Positions 9,955 to 18,810 of a DNA stretch of 64,000 bases are shown here, one piece after another; position 1 is the first letter of the stretch; every line of letters starts with the position of its first letter. A program made the position numbers and the translations under genes. Below the pieces are notes generated by a model. It did not search any database. It saw only the letters and a list, made by a program, of their open reading frames with translations, and was not told where the DNA came from. Source of the DNA: an uncultured Gemmatimonadales bacterium (lineage in GTDB: Bacteria > Gemmatimonadota > Gemmatimonadetes > Gemmatimonadales > GWC2-71-9); contig CAWJIM010000019.1 in the NCBI GenBank assembly GCA_963842945.1, forward strand, positions 544,001-608,000, given 5' to 3'.

Positions 9955-12900
9955 GTGACGTCAGTCGACTCGCACTTCGCCGACGCTCTCCGTGACCGCT
10001 ACGTGCTCGAGCGCGAGCTCGGCCGTGGCGGCATGGCCACGGTCTATCTCGCCCGCGATCTCCGGCACGACCGCCCCGTCGCCCTGAAGGTCCTCCATCC
10101 CGAGCTGGCGCACGCGCTGGGCCCCGAGCGGTTCATCCGGGAGATCAGGCTCGCCGCCCGGCTCGACCACCCGCACATCCTGTCGGTCCACGACTCCGGT
10201 GAAACGGCCGGCCGGCTCTGGTTCACCATGCCCTACGTGGAGGGCGAGTCGCTCCGGAACCGCCTGGCGCGCGAGCCCCAGCTCCCGCTGGCGGACGCGC
10301 TGCGGATCACCCGGGCGGTGGCCGACGCGCTGGGATACGCCCAGCGGCAGGGCATCATCCATCGCGACGTCAAGCCGGAGAACATCCTGCTCCAGGGCGA
10401 GCGATGCGTGCTCGCCGACTTCGGCGTCGCCCGAGCCGTGGACGCCGCCGGCGAGCGCCTGACGGAGACCGGCTTCGCGCTGGGCACGCCCGCCTACATG
10501 AGTCCGGAGCAGGGCGCGGCCGACCGCCATCTCGACCCTCGCAGCGACATCTACTCGCTCGGGTGCGTGGTGTACGAGATGCTCGCGGGCGAGCCGCCGT
10601 TCACCGGACGGACGGCCCAGGCCCTCATCGCCCGCCGGCTGGCGGATCCCGTGCCCGACCTCTGCACGGTGCGTGACGTCCCCCGGCAGGTCGAGCGAGC
10701 CGTCAGGCAGGCGCTGGCCCGCGCGCCGGCGGACCGGTTCGCGGACGCGCCGGCCTTCGCGCGGGCGCTGGAGGCCGCGGCAGGCGCGCCCCGCGCGGCC
10801 GCGAGCCCCGCCGTTCGACGAGGTCTGCTGGCCGCGGCGGCGGTGCTCCTGGTCGCTCTCGCCGGCGCCGGCGTCTGGCTGCGCGCTCGGCCTGCCGCCG
10901 AAGACGCCCGCGACGCCGACCTGCTCGCGGTCGCCCCGTTCGAGGTGCTGGAGCCGTCACTCCAGGTCTGGCGGGAGGGCATGGGCGACGTGCTCTCCCG
11001 CACGCTCGACGGGGCGGGCCCGATCCGCACGGTGTCGCCGAGCGTGGTGCTCCGGCGCTGGAGCGGCCGGGCCGATCGGACATCCGCCGAGGAGCTGGGG
11101 CGCCGCACCGGGCGCGGGGCTGGTCGTCTACGGTGCGGTGGTGCCGCGAGGGCGGGACTCGGTGACGCTCCGCGCCGCCCTGCTCGATCGCGCCGGCGGA
11201 ATGGGAAAGACGGACATCGAGGTGTCGGGCGAGGCGGCCCGCATCGGCGAGCTCGCCGACTCGCTCGGCATCCGGGCGCTGCGGGTGCTCTCGTCCGGCC
11301 GGGCGATCGGCTCGGTCCGCCGGACGTCGATCGGCTCGAAGTCGCTGCCCGCGCTGAAGGCGTTCCTCCAGGGCGAACAGTTCTACCGGCGAGGGCTGTG
11401 GGACTCGGCGCTCACGCGGTACGACCAGGCGATCGCGGCCGACAGCACGTTCGCGCTGGCGCTGGCACAGATGGCCATGGTGCTCGGCTGGAACCCGCCG
11501 ACGGCGGGCGCGTACCGGCCGCGCGAGGAGTACATGCGGCGTGCGACCCTCCACAACCACGGGCTTCCCCCGCGGGACAGTCTCTACATCGTCGCCGACT
11601 CCTTCAGACCTCGCGGCGGAGGAGGTGACCGATGCCGGAGGCGTATCGTCCGCCTGAAGTTCCGCGCGGTGACGGCGGTGGAGGAGGCGGTCCGACGCTA
11701 CCCCGAAGACCCCGATGGCCTGGTATGCGCTCGGCGAATGGCGCATGGCCACGAGCCGTGGCCCATTGCCGGGCCGCCGGCCGTGTCACTCGAGGCCTTC
11801 ACCCGCGCGATCGCGCTGGATCCGGGGTTCGGGCCAGCCTACGAGCACATGCCGGCACTGCTTCTGTCCCTGGGACGCCCGGAGGAGGCCCGGCGCTACG
11901 CAGCCACCTACCTGGCCTCTGGACCCGACCTCGCCCCACGGAGCCGGGACACGCCTGGCGGCGCTATTGCTGGACGGGGTGGCGGGCGAAGCGGGTGATG
12001 TTGACACGGCTTCGGTCTTCACTGTCTGGGCGCGTTCCGCGGCCACCTACCTGGCCCTCGACTCGACCGCTCGACCGTCCGAAATCCGCCTGGCGGCGCT
12101 GTTGCTGGACTCGAGTGCGACCGCCAGGGCCGAGGCGGAGCGGATGCTCGACACGGCGTCGGTCTACACCGTCTGGGGGCGGCGTCAACTCAGCATGTGG
12201 CCGCCCTGGCCCGACACGGCCGAGACCGCAATCCGGCTGCTGCGGCGCCTCGGCGAGCCGGGCCGAGGCGCCGGTGGAGCGCCTCCGTGGGTCCTCGACT
12301 CGGTCATGTGGCCGCAGTACCTGGCTCACGCGCTCGCGTTCCGCGGCCACCTGCGCGAGGCCTTCGCGGTGAATGAGCGCCTGCTGCGCCAGCCTTCCGC
12401 CTCGCCGTGGAGCTGGTTCCTCGACCCGTTCCTGGACCTCAGCCTGCTCGGGATCGTTCCGGACTCGCTGGCCCGCGCGACCTTCGGTCGCTGCCCTCGA
12501 GGCAGACGCTGGCTGGGGGGACTTCTTCACTCCACCGTCACTTGAGGGGGCTGCCCTGGTGGCTGTCGCGCGGCGACACGGCGGCCCTGGCACGCTTCGG
12601 CGCCCAGGCGGCTCGCACGGCGCGGGCACCCAGCGACCCCGCGCGCGGCCCTGCGGGCTCGGCTGCTCGGAGAGACGAGCGTCGCGTTCCTCGATCTGGC
12701 GCGGGGCGATTCCGTGGCGGCGATCCGGAAGCTGAGCGCGATCCCCGACACGCTCTGCCTGGCGGACAACTACGCCGCCAACTGCTTCCACCTGAACCTG
12801 ACGCTGGCGCGGCTCCTGGCGGCTCGCGGTGACGATCGGCGCGCCGGCGCGTTGCTGGAGCGCTGGCGGTGGAGCGGCGGCAGCACGCCGTCGTTCGTGC

Positions 12901-13064
12901 TCGCCACGCTCGAGCTCGGCCGTATCGCCGAACGGCTCGGGGACACGCGGAAGGCGGCCGAGTGCTATGGCTTCGTGATGGCGGCCTGGCGCCGGCCAGA
13001 TCGGGAGCTGCTGCCCTACGTGGCGGAAGCGCGGGAAGGGCTGGCGCGGCTCGGTGTGGAGTGA
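9955..13064 (+). CDS. Ser/Thr protein kinase with TM, TolB-N-like and TPR-like C-terminal region (several frameshifts)
   Basis: Kinase motifs (GRGGMATVY, HRDVKPEN, DFG, GTPAYMSPEQ) in ORF 9868-11628. Continues through ORFs 10673-11998, 11715-12545 and 12714-13064 (ALTRYDQAIAADSTFALA, FTRAIALDPGF). Confidence 0.8.
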
Positions 13065-13244
13065 GGCCGCCTGGGGCCTGGGCGGTGGGCCCGACCGTGC
13101 AGCGGCCGAGGCTGTGCCGGAACTGTGCCGGAACAGGAGACAACTGCGGACTACACGGGACAACAGGACCGAGGCACAAGTCCAACAGCCACAACACTCA
13201 CGTGGTCTGCTCTTGTCTGCTGTGTCACCCCGCCATTAGGACTT

Positions 13245-13292
13245 AGGATCCTGTCCCGCAAGGGGTCCGGGTTCGACTCCCGGCGTTCGCAT
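13245..13292 (+). repeat. tRNA-Leu 3'-half copy 2 (att-like site)
   Basis: Identical 48 bp to copy 1, preceded by TTAGGACTT. Confidence 0.9.
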
Positions 13293-14871
13293 CCCCCTCT
13301 GATCCAATCACTTAAACAATCGCCTTGGCAGCACTGAAGGATGTGCCGCCAAGGCGATGTCTTTTCGAATGTCTCTTCGACCTGTACTGGCCATTCGTGC
13401 AGCTCAGGTACGCGGGGGCGCGAGGGCCGGTGTAGGCGTCACCGATGCTCCACGGCGGTCTGATCCGCCCACGGCGCCCGCTCCAGTCGGCGATCCTCGA
13501 ACCCGAGACGCCTGGCTACGACCCGGTAGGAGAACTCGGCGTCCGGATCGCCCGCGCGAAGCTGCACCACAAAGCCGAGTGGCGTCCGTTCGCTCACGTA
13601 GAGCTCGGCGTTCCCATAGGGCTGCACAAAGACATGGTACGGCGTCGCCGGGTTGACGGTCTGGGCAAAGATGGGATCGAGGAGGATCCGTGCCCGGCCA
13701 TGATCCAGTCGTCCGAAGCCGTAATCGGTGAACCAGACCTCGCTGGATTCCTCGGTGTAGAGGGCTCGTGCGCCGGTGGTCGTCGCCACCACGGCATTCT
13801 TGCTCCCGCCCACGACCTGGAGACCGGCGCCGCCCCTGGTCTCGATGATCACGCCTTTGCCCGTCGCGGAGGCGGCCACGAAGTGCCCGGCCCAGCCGTG
13901 GCCGTCGGTGTAGATGTAGGCGGCGTCGCCAAAGTTGTTCGGATTGTTGATCACGAAGTTCGCCGCCCCCCCGATTCCGTAGGTGCGCCCGAACACCGCC
14001 GCCACGCCGTTGCTCGGGCTGGTATTCTCGAACGATCCGCCTCGACCGTTCCCTGTCGCCCTGCCCTGCACACCGCTTCCCGAACCCGGACTCGTGCCGA
14101 AGACCGCCGCGCTCCCATTGTTGGGGTTGGCGACGGTGAACAGTCCAGCCGGACCGGTCCCGGTGTTCACGGCACTGATCGCGTTGCCCGAGCCTGCGGT
14201 GAAGGCGTACACTGCATTGCCGCCGTTGGCGGCACTGGTATTCTCGAACTTGGCCGCCGAGCCGGTCCCGCTCGCCACCGCATGCACCGCGTTCCCGGTC
14301 CCGTTGGTCTTGGCCAGCAGCGCGTCCTGACCGCTCGCGGCGTTGGTGATTTCGAACAGCCCCGCCCGGCCGGCGCCGGTGGAGAGTCCGCGTACCGCGT
14401 TGCCGGTGCCGTTGGTCTGCCCCAGCAACGCGGTCTGGCTGTTGCCGGCGTTCGCGATCTTGAAGAACCCGGTCGGCCCGGTACCGGTCTGGGTCAGTCC
14501 GAAGATGATGGCGCTGCTGCTGGAGCTCTGGTTGACCGGGAGCACGATGGCCGCGTTGGCCACCAAATCGGCGGACGACTCGACCGAGGCGAGGGTGGGC
14601 TCGGCGGTTGCCGCGGCCGGGATGTCCGGATCGGTGGGCGGGCCGCCCTGGTCGCAAGCCAGCAGAGCGAGCGACAGGGCGAGGGGCAAGCGAATGCGAC
14701 GGGGCGAGGGCATACGTCCTTCCTTGTTGGGGAGTCCACGAAAGACGCCCGGTTTGCCCCAGGAGCCCCTCATCCCTCCCCCCGGGTACGACCTCCCCCC
14801 AGAAGGCCCCCTGAGTGACTCGGCCCGACGTCAGGGGCATTTTGTCTGCGTCCATCCGGCCGTTAGGACCT
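13293..14871. mobile_element. Putative non-autonomous integrated cassette C (one lipoprotein gene, no integrase)
   Basis: Flanked by identical 48-bp repeats. Ends resemble those of cassette B. Confidence 0.55.
13439..14713 (-). CDS. Lipoprotein with Gly/Asn/Ala-rich repeats and a tail-fibre-chaperone-like C-terminal domain
   Basis: LALLAC lipobox. Repeats such as AGLFxxxNxxxGxxAVxGxTxGTGNA. C-terminus GGSKNAVV...LYTEESSEVWFTDYG...FSYRVVARR. AAGGA RBS. Confidence 0.75.
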   Translation of the reverse strand: MPSPRRIRLPLALSLALLACDQGGPPTDPDIPAAATAEPTLASVESSADLVANAAIVLPVNQSSSSSAIIFGLTQTGTGPTGFFKIANAGNSQTALLGQTNGTGNAVRGLSTGAGRAGLFEITNAASGQDALLAKTNGTGNAVHAVASGTGSAAKFENTSAANGGNAVYAFTAGSGNAISAVNTGTGPAGLFTVANPNNGSAAVFGTSPGSGSGVQGRATGNGRGGSFENTSPSNGVAAVFGRTYGIGGAANFVINNPNNFGDAAYIYTDGHGWAGHFVAASATGKGVIIETRGGAGLQVVGGSKNAVVATTTGARALYTEESSEVWFTDYGFGRLDHGRARILLDPIFAQTVNPATPYHVFVQPYGNAELYVSERTPLGFVVQLRAGDPDAEFSYRVVARRLGFEDRRLERAPWADQTAVEHR

Positions 14872-14919
14872 AGGATCCTGTCCCGCAAGGGGTCCGGGTT
14901 CGACTCCCGGCGTTCGCAT
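14872..14919 (+). repeat. tRNA-Leu 3'-half copy 3 (att-like site)
   Basis: Identical 48 bp, preceded by TTAGGACCT. Confidence 0.9.
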
Positions 14920-14983
14920 TCCCGTTCCTGGGCGCCCGATGGTTGCGCGAGCTAATTCTGTCACTTCTTTGAGTGAGGCTCAT

Positions 14984-15982
14984 ATGAGCATCGCTTTGAT
15001 CGCCCTCCTCACGTTTCCGCGTGCAGCGTACGCACACGAGAAATGGTTCGCCGACGCCAGCGCGTATCCCACGCAGTGGGAGCAGGTGTTCAGGTTTCCG
15101 CAGATTGTCGGCGTATCGCTCGCGCTGGCCGCCACCATCATGCTCGCAATCGTGTGGCGCAGGAACAAAGGTCGCGCGCTGCTGCCGGGACCGGAGGCCC
15201 TCGGCGCGACGCGCGACGGACGCGCACGCTTTTATGCGCTGGTGCCGCTCATCCTCGGGATTCATGTCGGATTGCCGCTGCTCGTGCTGGGGATCATGGG
15301 ACAGTTGTTCTCGCCGAACAACCAGCTCGCAGGACCGTGGCTGTACTGGCTGGGCGTCGTGGAGATCGGAATCGCCCTGAGCTTGCTCTACGGCGGTCTG
15401 GCCCGGGTGGGCGGGGCAGCATTGTGCCTGCTCTGGCTGATCGGCGCCGGCGTCGTCGGGCTGGAGTCGATGCTCGAGAACGCCCACTATCTCGGGTTCG
15501 GCGCGTTCTTCATGCTGACGGGGCGAGGCCCCTACGCGGTCGACCGGTTGCTGTTTCCCGCCCTCGAGCCGACGCCGCGGCTGTCGCGTCTCGCGATGCC
15601 GTGCCTGCGGATAGGGACGGGGCTGGGCCTGACGATTGTCGCGTTCACCGAGAAACTCGCCAACCCTGAATTGGCTCGGGCATTCCTGCAACACCATCCG
15701 CTGAACTTCACCGCCTGGCTGCACATCCCGATGTCAGACGACCTCTTCGTGTTGTGCGCGGGCAGCACAGAACTGCTGATCGGGCTCTGCCTGATCTTCG
15801 GTATCTTCCCCCGGCTCATCGTGGCGACTGCCTGGCTCCTCATCAACATGTCGCTGACGGTGTTCAATTGGGTGGAGCTCGTCGGGCATCTCCCTCTGTA
15901 TGGCGTGATGGCGATGCTGCTGGTGTGGACGCCGCGAGAGGAAGACCAGCGGCTGTGGGCCGAAGGTATCCTCCAGAGATGA
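14984..15982 (+). CDS. DoxX-like multi-pass membrane protein
   Basis: AHEKWF N-terminus, many TM segments, FTEKLANP and ELVGHLPLYG motifs. Confidence 0.7.
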   Translation: MSIALIALLTFPRAAYAHEKWFADASAYPTQWEQVFRFPQIVGVSLALAATIMLAIVWRRNKGRALLPGPEALGATRDGRARFYALVPLILGIHVGLPLLVLGIMGQLFSPNNQLAGPWLYWLGVVEIGIALSLLYGGLARVGGAALCLLWLIGAGVVGLESMLENAHYLGFGAFFMLTGRGPYAVDRLLFPALEPTPRLSRLAMPCLRIGTGLGLTIVAFTEKLANPELARAFLQHHPLNFTAWLHIPMSDDLFVLCAGSTELLIGLCLIFGIFPRLIVATAWLLINMSLTVFNWVELVGHLPLYGVMAMLLVWTPREEDQRLWAEGILQR

Positions 15983-16104
15983 ATCGGGCGAATCGGTGTG
16001 TTCACCGGCGTATGACGGCCTCGGCACATGCGATCCATGGCCGCCGCGGCCTACAGCTCATCGCGGCGGCGGTGTAACTTCCCCATCCCTACGACCCCAA
16101 CCTT

Positions 16105-16986
16105 ATGACGGCTTCAGCCAATCCCGTGACCGCCTCGTTGCGGCAGCCCGCGCTCCGGTCGCCCGAATTCGGACTGGCCCTCGGGCTCGTCGTCGGGCGC
16201 TTCGCGCTCGACATGCAGGACCTTCATTACGGCTACTGGACCGACGACCTCGAGCTGACGCCGCAGAACATTCCGCGGGCCCAGGCCCGCTACACTGACG
16301 AGCTGATGGCCGACATCCCCGCGGGCGTGCGCTCGATTCTCGACGTGGGCTGCGGGGCGGGGAACACGGCGCACAAGCTGCTCGAGCGGGGCTACGAGGT
16401 CGACTGCGTCTCGCCCAACGCCTGGCTCACCGCGGAAGCCCGCAGGGTGCTGGGGACCCGGGCCCGGGTCTTCGCGTCCAAGTTCGAGGACCTCACCCTG
16501 GACCGGACCTACGACCTGATCCTCTTCAGCGAAAGCTTCCTCTTCATGAAGGCGGAGCAGGCGCTGGCGAAGGCGGAATCCGCGCTCCAGCCCGGCGGTT
16601 ACATCCTGATCTCCGACATCTTCAAGCTCCCCGCCGACGAGAAGAGCCCGATCGGCGGCGGCCAGGACCTGCGCCGCTATCGCGCGCTGCTCGCCGCCTC
16701 GCACTTCACCCAGCTCAAGGACACCGACATGACGGCGAATATCGCGCCGACGTTCGATCTCCTGAGCCGGGCCTACGTCGAGGCGATCGGCCCCGCCTAC
16801 GGGCTCATCCTCGCCAAGCTCGACGCGTCGTATCCCCGGCTGATGAAGTTCGTGCGCTGGAAGTGGAGGGCCAGGATCGCCCGCTACGAGGAGAAGCACT
16901 TCAGCGGCAAGCGCGACGGTGCGCACTTCATGAGGCACAAGTCGTATCGGAGGATGCTGTATCAACTCAGGATTGGGGGCTCGTGA
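16105..16986 (+). CDS. Class I SAM-dependent methyltransferase
   Basis: LHYGYW, ILDVGCGAG, YDLILFSES and LQPGGYILISD motifs. Confidence 0.85.
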   Translation: MTASANPVTASLRQPALRSPEFGLALGLVVGRFALDMQDLHYGYWTDDLELTPQNIPRAQARYTDELMADIPAGVRSILDVGCGAGNTAHKLLERGYEVDCVSPNAWLTAEARRVLGTRARVFASKFEDLTLDRTYDLILFSESFLFMKAEQALAKAESALQPGGYILISDIFKLPADEKSPIGGGQDLRRYRALLAASHFTQLKDTDMTANIAPTFDLLSRAYVEAIGPAYGLILAKLDASYPRLMKFVRWKWRARIARYEEKHFSGKRDGAHFMRHKSYRRMLYQLRIGGS

Positions 16987-17221
16987 AGTCCACGGGGAAG
17001 TACTACCCCTGGTATCTCCCATCTGCAGCCGCAATACGCCCCTGCCCGCTCGCCAGACGATAGCAGCAGGCCGTCTCCTACGAGCCGGATGGTGCATCGG
17101 GTCCAGACGCAGCATAATGTTTCGGGCCAACCGAAGAACCACGCCGGAGCCTGCGACGTTCCTTTGGCGACACTGAAGCCGCCCGGCGTCCGGCTCCTCG
17201 CCCGATCGGTAGGAGAATTGG

Positions 17222-17890
17222 ATGGAGCGTCGCACCGGCCGGCATGCCGGAGCGCCCGCCGACACGAGCCCGGAGAGCAAGGGTCCTTCCGACACCGCTG
17301 CGCCGGGTCGGCGCCTGCTCGAGACCGGGCGGGAGACGTCGCTGCGCAAGCGGCTCGTCGCCCGGGACGAGCGCGCGCTCGCGGAGCTGGTGGAGGTCGC
17401 CACGCCCTGGCTGCTCAACGTCGCGCGGGCCATGCTCCGGGACGAGGACGAGGCGGAAGAGATCGTGACGGAGGCGTTTCGCCAACTCTGGCAGAACCTC
17501 CCGTCGGCCGCTGGAGAGCACGCCGGGCTGATGCCCTACCTCATGCGGCTCACGCGACATCGGGCGATCGATCGCCTGCGAGCCCGCCGACGGCGCCAGC
17601 GCCTGCTGAGCGCGGCGGCCTTGGCTGGCGAGCCTCCGGTCGTCCCGCCCTCCGAGCCGGATGAGGCCGGACAGCCGGGATATCAGGTGCATGCGCAGGT
17701 CCATGCGGCGCTCAAGGCGCTGCCGGCTGATGAGCAGGCAGTGGTGCAGCTCGCCTATTTCCAGGGCCTGTCGCAATCGGAGGTCGCCGCCGCGCTGGGA
17801 ATTCCGCTCGGGACGGTGAAGTCACGTCTCCGGCGCGCGTTCGGCCGGCTGCGCGAGTCGCTCGCTGGACTCGAGGACTGGGTGGTATGA
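17222..17890 (+). CDS. ECF RNA polymerase sigma factor (SigK-like)
   Basis: Region 2 RHRAIDRLR. Region 4 LAYFQGLSQSEVAAALGIPLGTVKSRLRR. Confidence 0.9.
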   Translation: MERRTGRHAGAPADTSPESKGPSDTAAPGRRLLETGRETSLRKRLVARDERALAELVEVATPWLLNVARAMLRDEDEAEEIVTEAFRQLWQNLPSAAGEHAGLMPYLMRLTRHRAIDRLRARRRRQRLLSAAALAGEPPVVPPSEPDEAGQPGYQVHAQVHAALKALPADEQAVVQLAYFQGLSQSEVAAALGIPLGTVKSRLRRAFGRLRESLAGLEDWVV

Positions 17891-18627
17891 ATCCGCATGA
17901 CTGGTTCGCCGAGCGCGCGGTCGAATACGCGACCCGCACGCTGGACGCCGAGGAGGCGACAGCGTTCGAGACGCATCTCGGCCAGTGCGACGCATGCCGG
18001 ACGCGAGGTCGCGGAGATCGAGCGCGACCTCGCGTGGCTGCCGATGGCCCTGCCTCCGGTCACGCCGAGGCCGGGATTTCGCGAGCGGATCGTCGCCGGC
18101 GCTCTGGGCAAGCGGCGTCCGACTCGCCGCGTGAGCTGGGCGCTGCCGACCGCGCTCGCGGCCTCACTCCTCCTCGCGGTGGGCGGCTGGTACCTGGGTG
18201 GCGCACGCTCCCGCGCCCTCGCAGCGCGAGCTCGAGGCCCAACGGGCCGCGGTGGCGGCACTCCAGGACACGCTCTCGATCATGCGGCAAGCGGGCCGCA
18301 TCCTCCAGGCGACCTTCGAGGACGGCCGCACCAGCGGCGGCGTGCTCATCTTCGCGGACGAGGTCACCCACCGCTGGAACGTGGTGATCCATGGGCTGCC
18401 ACCGGCGCCCCGAGGTTACCAGTACCAGTTCTGGTTCATCTGCGACGACGGCATGGTGCGAGGCACGGAAGTGGCCGCCGATACCAAGCAGGCCCACCAT
18501 GTTCACGACCGGCATGCCGCAGCCCGCGTCGTGCCCCGTGGTGAAGGGTGCGGCGCTCACCGAGGAGCCGGTCGCCGACGGACAGGGGCCGCCGCGTGGA
18601 AAGTCGCTCGCCCATCTGATGCTTTGA
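17887..18627 (+). CDS. Anti-sigma factor (zf-HC2 + RskA-like), frameshifted
   Basis: FETHLGQCDAC (HxxxCxxC), TM helix, GLPPAPRGYQYQFWFI and ALTEEP pieces spread over three frames. ATGA overlap with the sigma gene. Confidence 0.8.
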
Positions 18628-18810
18628 GCGGTCGTTGGCTGCCCCCCGTTCGCGCTTCTTGACGTCCGCTTGATCCCGCTCCCGAAAGTTGATCCGCACC
18701 TCACACAGTGGTGAGGACAACCTTCGCTGGAGCTGCAGATGAGACACGCGTGTTTCAACTCTCCGAATCGCTCACGGCGTGTTTCCCGCGCTCCGCTTCC
18801 GGCATCGCCG

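Larger units (their letters stand above)
9775..13244. mobile_element. Putative non-autonomous integrated cassette B (one kinase gene, no integrase)
   Basis: Flanked by identical 48-bp tRNA-Leu 3' repeats. Short direct repeats and IHF-like motifs near the ends. Confidence 0.55.

Noticed and set aside
11903..12180. Diversity-generating retroelement template/variable repeat pair
   Set aside because: Differences are not adenine-specific, they include indels, and there is no reverse transcriptase in the window.
9727..14919. 48-bp direct repeats as a CRISPR array
   Set aside because: Spacing is 1.6-3.5 kb, the repeats are tRNA-derived and there are no cas genes.
9690..14960. Three functional tRNA-Leu genes, or split/permuted/intron-containing tRNA
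   Set aside because: No D-arm or 5' acceptor strand lies upstream or downstream of any copy, and I see no group I intron features. Att-site duplication is the simpler explanation.
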